Shown here one piece after another: positions 12,936 through 24,822 of a DNA stretch of 64,000 bases (the stretch's first letter is position 1; every line of letters starts with the position of its first letter). The translations under genes were made by a program, and so were the position numbers. The stretch comes from Camelus ferus (taxonomy: Eukaryota): NCBI RefSeq assembly GCF_009834535.1, contig NC_045697.1, forward strand, positions 34,722,001-34,786,000, given 5' to 3'. Below the pieces are notes generated by a model that worked only from the letters and a program-made list of their open reading frames with translations, did no database searches and was not told where the DNA came from.

Positions 12936-13405
12936 AGTAAATATATAACAATTAAAAATGGGCAAAGGACATAAAGAGACATTTTTTTAAAGAGGACATA
13001 CAAATGGCCAACAGGTATATAAACAGGTACTCAAAATAACTAATAATCAGGGAAATTCAAATAAAATTAGATTATCACCTCATACGTATTAGGATGACAA
13101 TTATCAAAAACACAAGTGGTAACAAATGCTGGTGAGGATGTAGAGAAAAGAGAACCCTTGTGCACTGCTGTTGGGAATGTAAATTGGTGTGACCACTATG
13201 GAAAAGAGTATGGAGGCACCTCAGAAAGTTAAAAATAGAACTACCATATAATCCAGCAATCCCACCTCTGGGTATATACATAAAGGAAACAAAATCAGTA
13301 GCTCGAAGAGATATTTGTACTCTCATATTCCCTGCAGCATTATTCACATTGTATGGAAACAACCTAAGAGTCCATCAACAGATGAATGGATAAAGGAAAT
13401 GTGGT

Positions 13406-13451
<46 letters not shown>

Positions 13452-14060
13452 AGAGGAATATTATTCAGCCTTTAAAAAAGAAAAGAAGGAAATCCTGTCA
13501 TTTGCAACAACACGGATGAACTTGGAGGGCATTATGCTAAGTGAAACAAGCCAGACAGAGAAGGACAAATACCACATGGTATCACTTATCTGTGTAATCT
13601 AAAAAAAAAAAAAAGTCAAATTCATAGAAATAGAGTAGAAAAATGGTTGCCAGGGGCTGGTGGGGAGGGTAGAGGAAACAGAGATGCCAGTAAAAGAGTA
13701 TAAACTTTTAGTTATAAGATTAATAAGGTATGTTAATTATAACTCAATTTAAATCTATACATAGCAGAAAAAAAGATAAATGAGGTCTGAGTATCTAATG
13801 TATTACATGGAGACTTGAATTGATAACACCGTGACGTACAACTTAAGTTTACTAAGAGAGTAGAATTTAAATGTTCTCTCACACACACACGCACACACAC
13901 ACACAAAGGTACACGTACGAGGTAATGGTGTTAATTAACTTGATAGGAGGAATCCTTTCCAACGGGTAAGGATACTCAGTCATCACATTGTAAAATTGTT
14001 AAACGTTACAGTTTTGTTAAGTATACCTCAGTAAAGCTGGGGACAAAAAGAAAAAGAGAA
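12733..14060 (+). mobile_element. L1 3' fragment (L1MA-like): ORF2 C-terminal remnant and 3'UTR
   Basis: ORF 13315..13602 resembles the ORF2 C-terminus ([17 protein letters not shown]). Internal (CA)n and A-rich expansions, A-rich end. Confidence 0.9.
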
Positions 14061-14368
14061 AAGCTGCTGAGAGTGCTAAACTAGGCTTACACTTCTAACA
14101 GTCATTTTTAGCAGGTTTTCATATTGTGATAAAAACTCCCAATGATAGACCTCTTGATTCCACGAGATGGTCACACTGCTAACTAAATGAAATTATTCTT
14201 ACAAAGTACATCTACCTTGCATTTATGCTACCTTGCATTTATGCTGTGCTAGAAAGTGTGAAAGCCATATTTAACCAACATAAAAATCAAAATCATGTCA
14301 TTTTCTTGCTATACCAATAATATGTACATCCTGAGCATAATAAAGTACAGAATAAAAGGAATACTCAC

Positions 14369-14497
14369 TACTCTCAAAAAGATTATATTTTTCACATCCA
14401 GGTGCTAGTTTTTCAGTTTGTCTGCAACACTGATAACTTCCATCTGTCCAAAATTTAGGATGATATTTGATCATAATATTATTGTTGTTCTTTATTT
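14369..14497 (-). CDS. TEC: TEC exon 5 (129 nt, phase 1-1), Btk Zn-binding motif: [43 protein letters not shown]
   Basis: Contained in ORF 14298..14516. The H..CC..C zinc ligands are present. Acceptor ttacag, donor A|gtgagt. Confidence 0.98.
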
Positions 14498-15163
14498 CTG
14501 TAAGCCATAGACACATAAAGTGATTAGAGAAATAAAACAGAGATGACAGAATGTTTCATTAAGTAACACATTAAGTCATTTCTTCTTTCTTAGGTACCAT
14601 GTTTATTATAAAGACACTCTCATAACATCAGGGTGTTATCACACTCAGAAAATCCACATGGTTTTCTTTCACTTCTTTTTTTTTTTGGTGAGGGTCCCTG
14701 GTTGGCAGAAGTGAACTCTGCTGCACCATGATGGATAAACAGAAAAGTCAGCCCACCACGATTTTGTTCTGCAGAAGAAGCGATGAAGATTGTGCAGGAC
14801 AAATCACCGATTAATACACTTTACACATAAGTCAGTTCATCCAAAACACATGTTGACTTCATAGGCAATGTCTTAGAAAATACCAAATTCTGCTATCATA
14901 GAGGCCCAGTGCTTAGTCATCTCCTAATGTGTTACATGTTAAATGAAAGCATGTTTTTCTTAGAAACTTAGCAACCAAATTATAAAAAAAGGAAGGACAC
15001 ATCTCCGATACGTCTCTTATAGTAACAGAATTTCCTTGGAGAAACACTGTAGATTGAAAGATTAGAAATGCAGAGTACACTAGCTGCATTTATATTTTAG
15101 TGATAACATTATGTTATATCTTAACATTTTAAACAGATTAATATTTTAATATATGAGTTTTAC

Positions 15164-15245
15164 CTTCTTTCAATTTCTTCACCCACCGATCCCTGCTTTG
15201 TGCACTAGGTGCAAAAATGTAAAGTGTGTTAGCATCATGCACAAC
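15164..15245 (-). CDS. TEC: TEC exon 4 (82 nt, phase 0-1), end of PH domain: [27 protein letters not shown]
   Basis: Acceptor tttcag|GTT, donor GAAG|gtaaaa. The frame continues from exon 3 and into exon 5. Confidence 0.97.
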
Positions 15246-15989
15246 CTGAAATAAAACAAAAGATGGGATAGGTGAAAAATGCTTAGACACGGCACTTCTG
15301 CCTAGCACAGGGCCCTTGGCACCACAGGTGCCAATAAAGGATTCTGAAACGACTGAGTGAAAGTCAGTTACTTCTGATCCAAAGAACCTAGGTTCCCTTC
15401 TTACAAAAGCACATCTGTTTCTTCATGTCTACATCAAGTGAGATACACATGTTGCAAAGAACTGTGTTTTTATAAAAGAAAAATATATATACAGAGGACA
15501 GGATGCTTTGCCAATCTTGTCGTTTCTTTGGATCTAATTAACTTAAGTTCCTCAGGTAAACTTGGTACAACAAGGATTACTCCAACCCAATACTTTTCTA
15601 AATAATATTTTAAATGAATGGACTACTCCTTCCATATCACTCCTGACCTTCCTTCTGCCACTATAAGTAATCGGAGTATCTAGCTTTATTAAACTCTATG
15701 CTTCGTACTTTACAGACATGAACTCAATTAATCCTGCCATCAAGCTGTTGGCATTTCCATCATACAGAGGAGGAGACGAAGAGCCATCCACAGATCCTCT
15801 ACTCCTATACAGAACTCCAGGAGGCACCATTCATACAGAATGCACTGGAAATGGTGCCCTTAATTTATCTGCCCATCAGCATTTGGCTGCTCATCCAGAA
15901 AGCCGGGATCCTGATGTCAGAGGAGGCAAGTAGCTCGATATGAGCAGAAAAAGGGGGACACGGGCCAAATGGCAGGAAACCACACATCT

Positions 15990-16499
15990 TGTTAACAACG
16001 GGGGTCCTTAGGCAGGCCAAGAAAAGCAGGAACCTCTGGACTGATAAGAAATCAGACACTGTGGGTTGACAAGTGTCCTGGAGGGAGACAAAGAAAGGTG
16101 GGACAAGACAGGAATCGCCACCATCCAAATGTAACCTCTCTCATTATACCCCTATCTGAACGTACCCTTCCACTCATTATGCTCTCATCTGACTTCCCAA
16201 TCAAGACTAAATCAGGACAAAACACCCCCCCCCCCACCTTGGGAAGGTGGATCTGCACAAAGATCGGGAAAGATGACCTCAAACCCCTCCTCACCAACGA
16301 ATATTCAACCCATTCATTTTTACATCCCATACAACCAACTTGCCAAGGACATTCGGGGCAGCTACCCACCTGGGTCTGCCCGCTCTCCCCTTGAGAGAGC
16401 ACCACCTATTGCTCAATAAATCCTTGCTTTGCTTTCTTGTTCTCTGTGTCTCGTTTCTGAATTCTTTCTGCGACAAGACAAGAACCTGCTCTCCAATCA
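15990..16499 (+). mobile_element. Solo ERV LTR (ERV1-like, ~505 bp) inserted into a MIR
   Basis: TG start at 15990, AATAAA at 16415-16420, ERV1-like U5 (gaattctttctgcgacaagacaagaacc) and a CA end at 16495 or 16499. MIR sequence resumes afterwards (gactccagagtccaaacttttaaccac). Confidence 0.8.
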
Positions 16500-17069
16500 C
16501 ACTGACTCCAGAGTCCAAACTTTTAACCACAGAAACCTCTTTTAAAAATACCTCCTAGTGAGCAGTTACAGTCTTATGCTTAATGTTTTTAATATGAATA
16601 ATAAAATTAAGCATAGGAAACTAACCCAAGAATTTTGTCTTTGGTCTGTCAATTTACCCTTCTGTCACAGGGCAGAAACACCTTTGATTCACTAAAAAGA
16701 AATATCTGGCTAGAAACCTCCCTTAACCACATCAACAGTCACTGGACTGGACACAAATAGTTCTTCCATTGATAAATGGCTGCTTCTGACCATATTCAAC
16801 AGATAATCCCTTCTCGTTCACTTTAATCAAATAAATGCAATGTAACAGCAATGTGAACACCACAGAGCAAATACGCCTGTATTTCATTCAGTGATTAATT
16901 CATCTAACTAGCACTTTGCTGGGACTACGTAAAATACAAAAATTAATCAAAGAAATACCTTATTACAAGACAGAAGGTGAGACGTGACAAAGACATAAAG
17001 GTCAAGCGCTACGAGAGATGTAGTGGGGAGGAGGTGTCCATGCCTCATTTGGCCCATGATTTTCACACC

Positions 17070-17435
17070 TGTGATACTGTGCTTTACAACAGGAAATATG
17101 TATTTGGTCTCTGCCCTGGTTCTTGGCACAGAGTTCCTAAAAACCCTTGGAATTTCCTGTACTGAGAATGATAAAAGATGTCTTTTGTTATGCTAATAAG
17201 GTGACTTTGGGAGAGCACCTACAGAGGGAAGCTGGTTGTCAGAAAAACTAACCCTATGATTAGAAGGTTGGAACTTTCAGTCCCACAACCCCCCATCTCC
17301 AAGGAGGGAGAGGGGCTGTAGGTTGAGTTCAGTCATCAATGGACAGTGATGTAATCAATCGTGTATATGTAATGAAGCTTCTATAAAAACACAAAAAAGA
17401 AGGGTTCCATGAGCCTCCAGGTTGGAACTTGTGGA
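17070..17435 (+). mobile_element. MER21-like LTR fragment
   Basis: tgtgatactgtg...tatttggtctctgccctggttcttggcacagagttcctaaaacccttggaatttcctg matches the recalled MER21-family start. Confidence 0.7.
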
Positions 17436-18015
17436 GATGTCCGTAGACAGATGAGTGGATAAAGACAATGTGATACACACCCACACACACACACAGATAT
17501 ATACACACAATGAACTATTATTCAGCTTTTAAAAAGAAGAAAATCCTGCCACTTGTGACAACATGGAGGAACCTAGGAGACATTCTGCTAAGTGAAATAA
17601 ACCAGACACAGAAAGATAAATATTACATGATCTCAGATGTGGAGTTTTAAACAAACTTATAGATACACAGAGCAAAAAAGTGGTTGCCAGGGGCAGGCAG
17701 GAGGGTTGAAATGGGGAGATGGTGGTCAAAGGGTAGAAATTTCAGTTACGTAAGACGAATGAGTTCCGGACATATAAAGTACAGCATCGTGACTAAAGTT
17801 AACATCTGAAATTCAATAAGGTAGATCTCAAGTGTTTTTACCACCAAAAAAAAAAGTAGGGGGAGAAAATGGTAACTACGGGAAGTGATGCATATGTTAA
17901 CTGGCTCGATAGTGGCAATCATTTCACAATGTCTACATATATCAAAACATCAAATTGTACACCTTAAATATATCTATTTCTTATGTGTCAATTACACCTC
18001 AACAAAGCTTAAATA
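17436..18015 (+). mobile_element. L1MA/MB-like 3' end
   Basis: ORF2 tail (gatgagtggataaag...ctaagtgaaataaaccagacacagaaag) and a 3'UTR ending caattacacctcaacaaagc. Confidence 0.85.
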
Positions 18016-18112
18016 AATCAACCAGTAAAGCAATGACAAGAAACTCTAATGCCAAACAGTAACCATGACTAAAACCCCAGAATTTCACTGCTGCAAAAAT
18101 ATGCCAGCTCAC

Positions 18113-18217
18113 CTGAAATGGATATTTATTTTGACAAGGAATGACACCATCATCATTCTTCACTATTTCCACACACTTGATTTTTGAAATGTCAATAAAA
18201 CCCTTTCTGTTCTTTTT
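18113..18217 (-). CDS. TEC: TEC exon 3 (105 nt, phase 0-0), PH domain: [35 protein letters not shown]
   Basis: Manual minus-strand translation matches the recalled TEC PH domain. Acceptor ttttaacag, donor CAG|gtgagc. Confidence 0.97.
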
Positions 18218-19311
18218 CTGTTAAAAGAGAAAAAAAGGAGAACCATTACAATCATAAGATAAAAGAAAAAATGTTAATAGTAATATTTGTTTTAAAAAAA
18301 TCAGATTCAAAACATTACCATTTCCTTAATAATTACCTACATCATGTCTCCCTTTATTGTTAAAATTATTCAAAACACTAACGCTCTGAGGATTGTAATA
18401 AAAATAATTAAGTCCTTTAATTTCTAAAGATGAAATTGTTCTGTCCTTGCCCTGTCCCCAAAGCTCTAGAACTGAGGGACTCCCTCTGATTGCTGCCTTC
18501 CTCTCTCACACACACACCTTAGCTTCTCCAGCTTCTTGATGACAGGCCCGTAAAAGAAAGCGTCAGAGACCAAACTAAGCAAAACTCCATGCAATCAGTC
18601 ACAGATGCAAACTCCAGACAGTTACATCTTCCACTCTGGTACCCAGAACTCAGGAGGATGTGAGGCAGACTTAGGGCAGTCACATAAAGCCTCCATTCAG
18701 ACTCGATTACTGAATCTTCTTTTTTTTCCCTCTTCCCTTTGGCCCTCACTTCCTGCTCACTGCAAACCTCCCTACAGCAAGTAACTAGTGACATACCAAG
18801 ACATCCCCCTCCAAATCATTCCCACCCTTGATCACCGTCTTCTCAGATCTGAGACTTTATCCCAGGGAAAAACCAAAAGGATACGAAGTAGTATGTGCAA
18901 AGGTAACTCGATACATTGTTTCCATTAAAAATTACCACAAACACAATGTAGAAATAAAAAATGTTTATTGAATAATATTAACTGATACATCCCACATGAA
19001 AAGCTGTATAAAGACTCAGGTTACTTGGGGTCAGGGTAGATACTCATATGATAAAGAACAGAAGGAAAGTAGAGAAATGAAGAAGAACACTGCAGTATTT
19101 GGGATGAGCCAGCCCATCCCCTGGCCCTGGGCATTCAAAATTCCTTCATCTAATACTCTGAAACCCCCCTCTGGCCACAACCTTTGGGGCCTCTACCAGA
19201 TCTGCATGCCCACTGTCACCACAGGACTTTCAGACCTGCCAACCCTCTCAGGCCATCTGACTGGACTATCTGGCTGTCCTTTCACTAGTGCATCCTCTCT
19301 CTCTCTCTCTG

Positions 19312-19352
<41 letters not shown>

Positions 19353-21479
19353 TGCACACCCCATACCCCCCTGACATTTCTGTCAGCTCCCAGTTCTATC
19401 CACACCTTCCCCCTCCTCCTGCATGCCTGACCGCACAAGGTCACAAAATAATCCTGTCCTCTCTGTGCTTAGCCAGGCCTTCCCTGCCATCCTCAGTTCT
19501 TCTGCGTACCCTCCATGGAGACCACCAGTCTCGTGGGAACTACAAACCCTGCCCGTTCCCCTTGCCCCTGCGGACACGCTCCCTCACTACTTCATGGGGA
19601 CGAGAGCAGCCGGACGTCCCATGAGCACACCCTGGACTTCCTCCTTCAGCAGGTCAAAAGCACCCTAAGATCTACCCTTTTTTATTCTTTTCCACCCTGT
19701 CTTTCAGAGGACATTAAAAGCACACAACAGTTAAAGACACTGTAGTTGGCACTTAGCAGCTGCCATTTCCTTTTATGCTCACGATTCTCCTCATTTTACA
19801 GATGAAGAAACTGCAGCTCAGACAGGTTAAATCCACTACCCAAGGATCCCAACTGGCCCTAGAGCCCCCTGGACCTTGGATCCTTGCAAACAGGTGACAG
19901 GGCTAACAGAGCTGAGTCCTTGGGAGGACAACACGGAGTCTGAGTGCGGCCAGAGCTTCGGCCATGACAGGGAGAGGGCCATTCTCCCCGTGCGTTCTTC
20001 TAAGGCCTCTACTCCTCCTGCCGACCCTACCCAGCACCTTCTTCTGGCCCTGCTACTGCCCTTCCCTTCCCGAAAGAGAAGATGATTACACCCTCAGCCT
20101 TCACTTCCTTCCCACCCCTCCTCCTTAACCACTTGCGAGCTGCCTCCCCCTCACCACAGCTGCTAAAGCTGTTCTCAAAAACATCACCAATGACCAAACC
20201 CAACGGCCTCAGCTCAGCTGTCTTCCGCCCAAGGCTTTGAGGCACTTGGGGGTACTTCTACTCTCTTCTCTCTCAGTGGCCTTGACTTTGGGTCGCCCTG
20301 GTTCTCCTTCTGTGTCTTCCCCTCAGTTTCTCACAGGACAACACCTCTCCTGTGCCAGAAACTTCCTGTGTCAAGGAATACAGATTCCAGACAGGGAAAG
20401 CTCACTTCCTGAGCATACAGCCAAGTAGCGTGCCATTCAATCCTCACAGCTCCTCTGTGAGGTATGTTATTAGACACATCTTACAGATGGAAGAAAGGAA
20501 AATTAAGTAACTTGTCCACGTTTACACAGTAGAGACATACACAGTAACTGTTTATTACACAACGTATTAAGTACTGGATATAAAAAAGATGCTAAGAGAA
20601 TACAGAGGAACCCAGGCTTATATGACACTTTCAGAAAAGAAATTCTGATAACCTGTTAGGAAGGAAATGAACAGCATGGGGAAAGAAAAACATATTCCAG
20701 AATGACCTCAGTTGCCTCAACTATAAAATGGGAACAATACTAGTATCCACGTCATTGATACTATTGGACAGTTATGTGAATTAAATGAGTATTTGCCAAG
20801 TGCTTAGAAGAATGTTTGACCCGTAATATGATATCTGTGTTTGCTACATAAAATAAATAAGGAAATAAATAAGGAAAAAAAGGTGCCTGAGGCAGGATGG
20901 AAGAGGGGTCAGCTTGTAAAGAACCTGATGCACGGTGCCAAGGGGTCTCATCAGACAAGGCCACCCACCCTGCTCCTGGGCCTGTGCCAGTTAATGGGCA
21001 GAAGAAACCGCCAGAGGACTAGCTTCCTATTAATAAGCCACGCGTGTTGATCATAAAAATCTAAGAAAACACTAATAGCACGAAGAGAATCAAATGACCC
21101 CTAATCCCCCAGTCCTGGAGGAAATCACTGCTGACATCATGGAGTTTTTCCAGACACTGCTCTGGGGTCATCTATCATCTGCCAGCTCCCTTAGCCCTTG
21201 AGCAGCAGACTCTGGTCGGCTTCCAAGACACGCATCTCCACTCACCACCTGCCCCTGCGACTGAAAGCAGCTGTCAGATATGGATCAATCTGCACAGGAA
21301 AATCTGGGCTGACTTATGCCCCCCAAATTCATGTTTTGTGATATATAATCCATTCATGCACTGTACTGATATTTGGGCTTATTACTGCAAATACTTTAAT
21401 ATGAAGTTTGCAGATAAAGGTTCATATTTAAGTGGCCCATTCATTATTTTACCTGACTCGCCAGCAACACTGGTCAGAC

Positions 21480-22360
21480 ACCAGGCACGATGCTGCATGC
21501 TGTAGCTTCAACACCGCGGAAGGGGGCTGAGGGTTCCCTCAGAGGAGTTCACAATACTATGGCAGGTGGCAGCGGAAGAGGGGATTGATTCATTATCAAA
21601 TAAAGATGAAGTCATGTGTGCTCACAGTGCACTGTGGAGTGGGGCCAGGACTGGGCCAGGAGAATCTGGGAAAGTTTCAGGGAGGAAGTCACATTTTGAT
21701 TTGGTTCTTAAAGGATACGTAGGAGTTTTCCTATAGAGAAAGTGGAGTAGAGAATTCAGGCAGCAAAAACAACAAAGCAGTGCTTTAGGGAACAAAAAGA
21801 AATTCACAGTGGCTGAAGTTCAGGGTGTTCAGGGGAAGTGTAGGAAAGGACACCAACAAGGTTATTTGAGACCAAGTTAGGAAGAGGCCTACCCGCTAGA
21901 CTCAGGAGTTTGGATTTATCCTGAGCAGTTTGAAGTGGGGAATGAGGAGTGCAGGACTAAGGCATGTTTTTGGAAAGATGATGATTCACGGCGGAGTGAG
22001 GAAGGCACGAGACATGTTGCAGTAGCTCAGGGCGGGGTTCATGAGGCTGTGAACTCAGTCCATAGCAGTCAGTCTCTGCATCCATACTCATATCTCTACG
22101 GGTACACGAGGAAAGCAGGGTTGCCAGAGTATTCAGAGGCAGGGTCCACAGAACTTTGTGATCAGTCAGATGTGGGGACTAAGAGAGAAGTTTGGGAGCC
22201 TCAGGGACTCTGAGTCTGAGTCTGAGTGACCAGTAAACACCAGCAGCATGAACCATGATGAGGAAAGAAGGAAAATCAGGTTTGAGAGGGCAAACTCGGG
22301 GTATGCTGTTTGAGTTGACTGTTGGACAACCAGGTGGAAATGTCTGCAGAGAGTTGAACA
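21480..22360 (-). mobile_element. L2 LINE remnant
   Basis: Degenerate L2 motifs: gtcacattttgatttggttcttaaaggatacgtagg, aggagtttggatttatcctgag, gacaaccaggtggaaatgtctgcag. Confidence 0.6.
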
Positions 22361-22533
22361 GGGGGGGCTCAAACTCAGAAATACTTAGCACTTTCTTTAT
22401 AAAGAGCATTCTGCTTTTCATAACACATATGCAGTATATACTGTAGAACATTATTCTAGCCACAGCATACGGTGACCCTGGGAGATTAGGCAAGGCTGAG
22501 GAAGAAAAGGTTTAGAAGGATTAAGAAACTCAC

Positions 22534-22726
22534 ATTTCAAAATGTAGAATAGATAAACAAGATTATACCATATAGCACAGGGAAATACATACAAGATCTT
22601 ATGGTAACTCACAGTGAAAAAAAAAAAAAATGTGACAATGAATATATATATGTTCATGTATAATTGAAAAATTGTGCTGGAATTTGACACAACATTGTAA
22701 AATGACTATAACTCCATAAAAAAAGT
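22534..22726 (+). mobile_element. Short young L1 3' terminus, same subfamily as the copies at 29904 and 59102
   Basis: Near-identical to 31166-31352 (atttcaaaatgtagaatagataaacaagattata...gacacaacattgtaaaatgactataac). Confidence 0.9.
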
Positions 22727-22727
22727 A

Positions 22728-22787
<60 letters not shown>

Positions 22788-22898
22788 AGGAAGGAAGGAA
22801 GGAAGGAAGGAAGGAAGAAGGAAGGAAGAAGAAAGAAAGAAAGAAAGAAAGAAGAGAAGGAAGAAAGAAAGGAAGAAAGGAAGAAAGAAAGGAAGAAA
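22727..22898 (+). repeat. Compound (GAAA)n/(GGAA)n microsatellite forming the L1 tail
   Basis: A pure-purine tract of ~170 bp seen directly in the sequence. Confidence 0.97.
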
Positions 22899-24406
22899 CA
22901 CAAGGAACCAAAGAGTTACTGAGAGAGCCAGGTGCCCTCTTACCACCTGGTCTCTCCTAAACACCTGCTCTTCACACTCTGGTTAACTGGAAGGGACATA
23001 CACAGTTTGCTTCCCTCCATTTAGACTATTTAGAGTTTCTTTAATAAGAAAATTACTTGATAATTACTGAAGTGTGCTAATATTGTGGCCCAAAAAGTTA
23101 TTATTTTTTTCATGTGAAGTTTCTATAACCTTCACCCTGCCCACCAGTCTGAAAAATCACCATTAAGCTGAGACTCTCCTTTTACTCATCTTTGAATCCT
23201 CTGAGCTGATAAAACTGACACTTAGTAGGTGTTCATTAAATAGTATGCTGAGACAGTCTGCAAAGAAGTATGAGTGACACTGTGTGTGTGTGTGTGTCTA
23301 AGATATATATATCTCTTCTCTTGCACATCTACTGTATATTTCACAAAGCTTGAAAATGAGGTAAGTAATGGCCATTTCACCCATTTGTAAACCCGCATAA
23401 ATGGAGAAACTATAGACAGAGATGAAATATGACTTGCTTAAAATCACACATCAACTGAATGGCAGAACTGGGAATTAGACGAAAGAGATCCTGTCCCCCT
23501 GTCTTAAAAGAGTCACTGGTCTCCTTTAACTTCCAGGATATTCAGTACTTTTTAAAGTCTCAACATCAATCCTAAATTAAAATTTTTTTAATGTATACAA
23601 ATATCCAGGGCTGGCCTCAGGTGAACTTGAGAAGTCAGAACACCCTCGGGCCCTCCTTCTACACCCTCTCCCGAGGCATCCTGAGACCCATTATGCACAG
23701 TGAGAGACTCACCAGAATTCCCCTCCAATATTGTCAATGATCCACCCTTCCCCCATATCACAACTTGTATCTAAGGTCGCTATTCCCAGCTGCCTGCCAC
23801 AGAAGAAATTTACTGGATGAATCACCTGTGCATTGTAAGGCGGCATCCTGAGTCCAGTCGGGCTCTGCCCTCTCTCAATTCCTTTGTCTGTGGGAACAGG
23901 ATACTACTACTCACTTTGCTAAGCTTTACGCGGGAATGAAGATGAGACACATAGGTGCTCAGAACGGTGTCTGGCACAGGGAAGCCACTCCCTAAATGGC
24001 AGCATTTACTATTCAGTTTTCACAACAACCCTGGGAAGTTGTTAGGAACGTGAGCATGCGAGAGGTTACAAGAGGGGCTGAGAGGCTAAGTCAGAATTGA
24101 ACCAGATCTCTCAGGCTTTCACCTGACTCCCTGCCTCTCAAGCTTGAATATTTGGGGACTCTTACTATAGAAGAAGAAAATTAACTTATGTCAAAATCTA
24201 ACAAGTACAGAACACCCACTCTGAGCCAGGCACTAGGTTCTCTCTTTACATGGTGACTCAATGAATGCTCACAGCATTAGAATGTGAACACTTGTCACCT
24301 CATTTTACAGATGAAGAAATCAAGACTTAAGGAATATAATTAAATGGCCAAAAGTCACACAATAAACCAGGAACTGAATTCTGTCTAATTCCAACCTTGA
24401 ATTCTT

Positions 24407-24524
24407 TTATTTTTAATCTTATTTTTTATTGAAGTGTAATTGATTTACAATGTTAGTTTCAGGTGTACAGCAAAGCAATTTAGTTATACATATATATATA
24501 TATTTATTATTATTATTATTATCA

Positions 24525-24562
<38 letters not shown>

Positions 24563-24822
24563 GAACTACCATCAGTTATAATGTGTCCATTTCTGGAGTA
24601 CAGCACATTGTCCCAGTCATGCATATATTTTTAAGTTTCTTTTCCATTATGGCTTATTACAAGAAACGGAATACAGTTCCCTGTGCTGTACAGTAAGTCC
24701 TTCTTGTTTATTTTATATATAGTGATGTGTATCTGTTACTCTCAGACTCCTAACCTATCCCTCCCCCCACCTCTCCCACCCTAGTAACCACAATTTGTTT
24801 TCTATGTCTGTGAGTCTATTTC
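24407..24822 (-). mobile_element. L1 3' end with a 17-bp TSD, containing a nested smaller L1 end and (ATT)n
   Basis: TSD tccaaccttgaattctt (24390-24406) / tccaaccctgaattctt (24823-24839). The T-rich start ttttttattgaagtgtaattgatttacaatg is the reverse of an L1 terminus. Confidence 0.88.

Noticed and set aside
18996..19745. Cluster of overlapping ORFs
   Set aside because: These arise from GC-richer, L2-like or simple-repeat sequence with few stop codons, and show no recognisable domain or splice context.
21180..21475. Possible old hAT-type MITE
   Set aside because: One end resembles a TIR (ccagcaacactgg), but I could not identify a matching other end, a TSD or a family.
22599..22964. F/L/S-rich ORFs resembling membrane proteins
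   Set aside because: They are translations of the (TTTC)n/(TTCC)n microsatellite.
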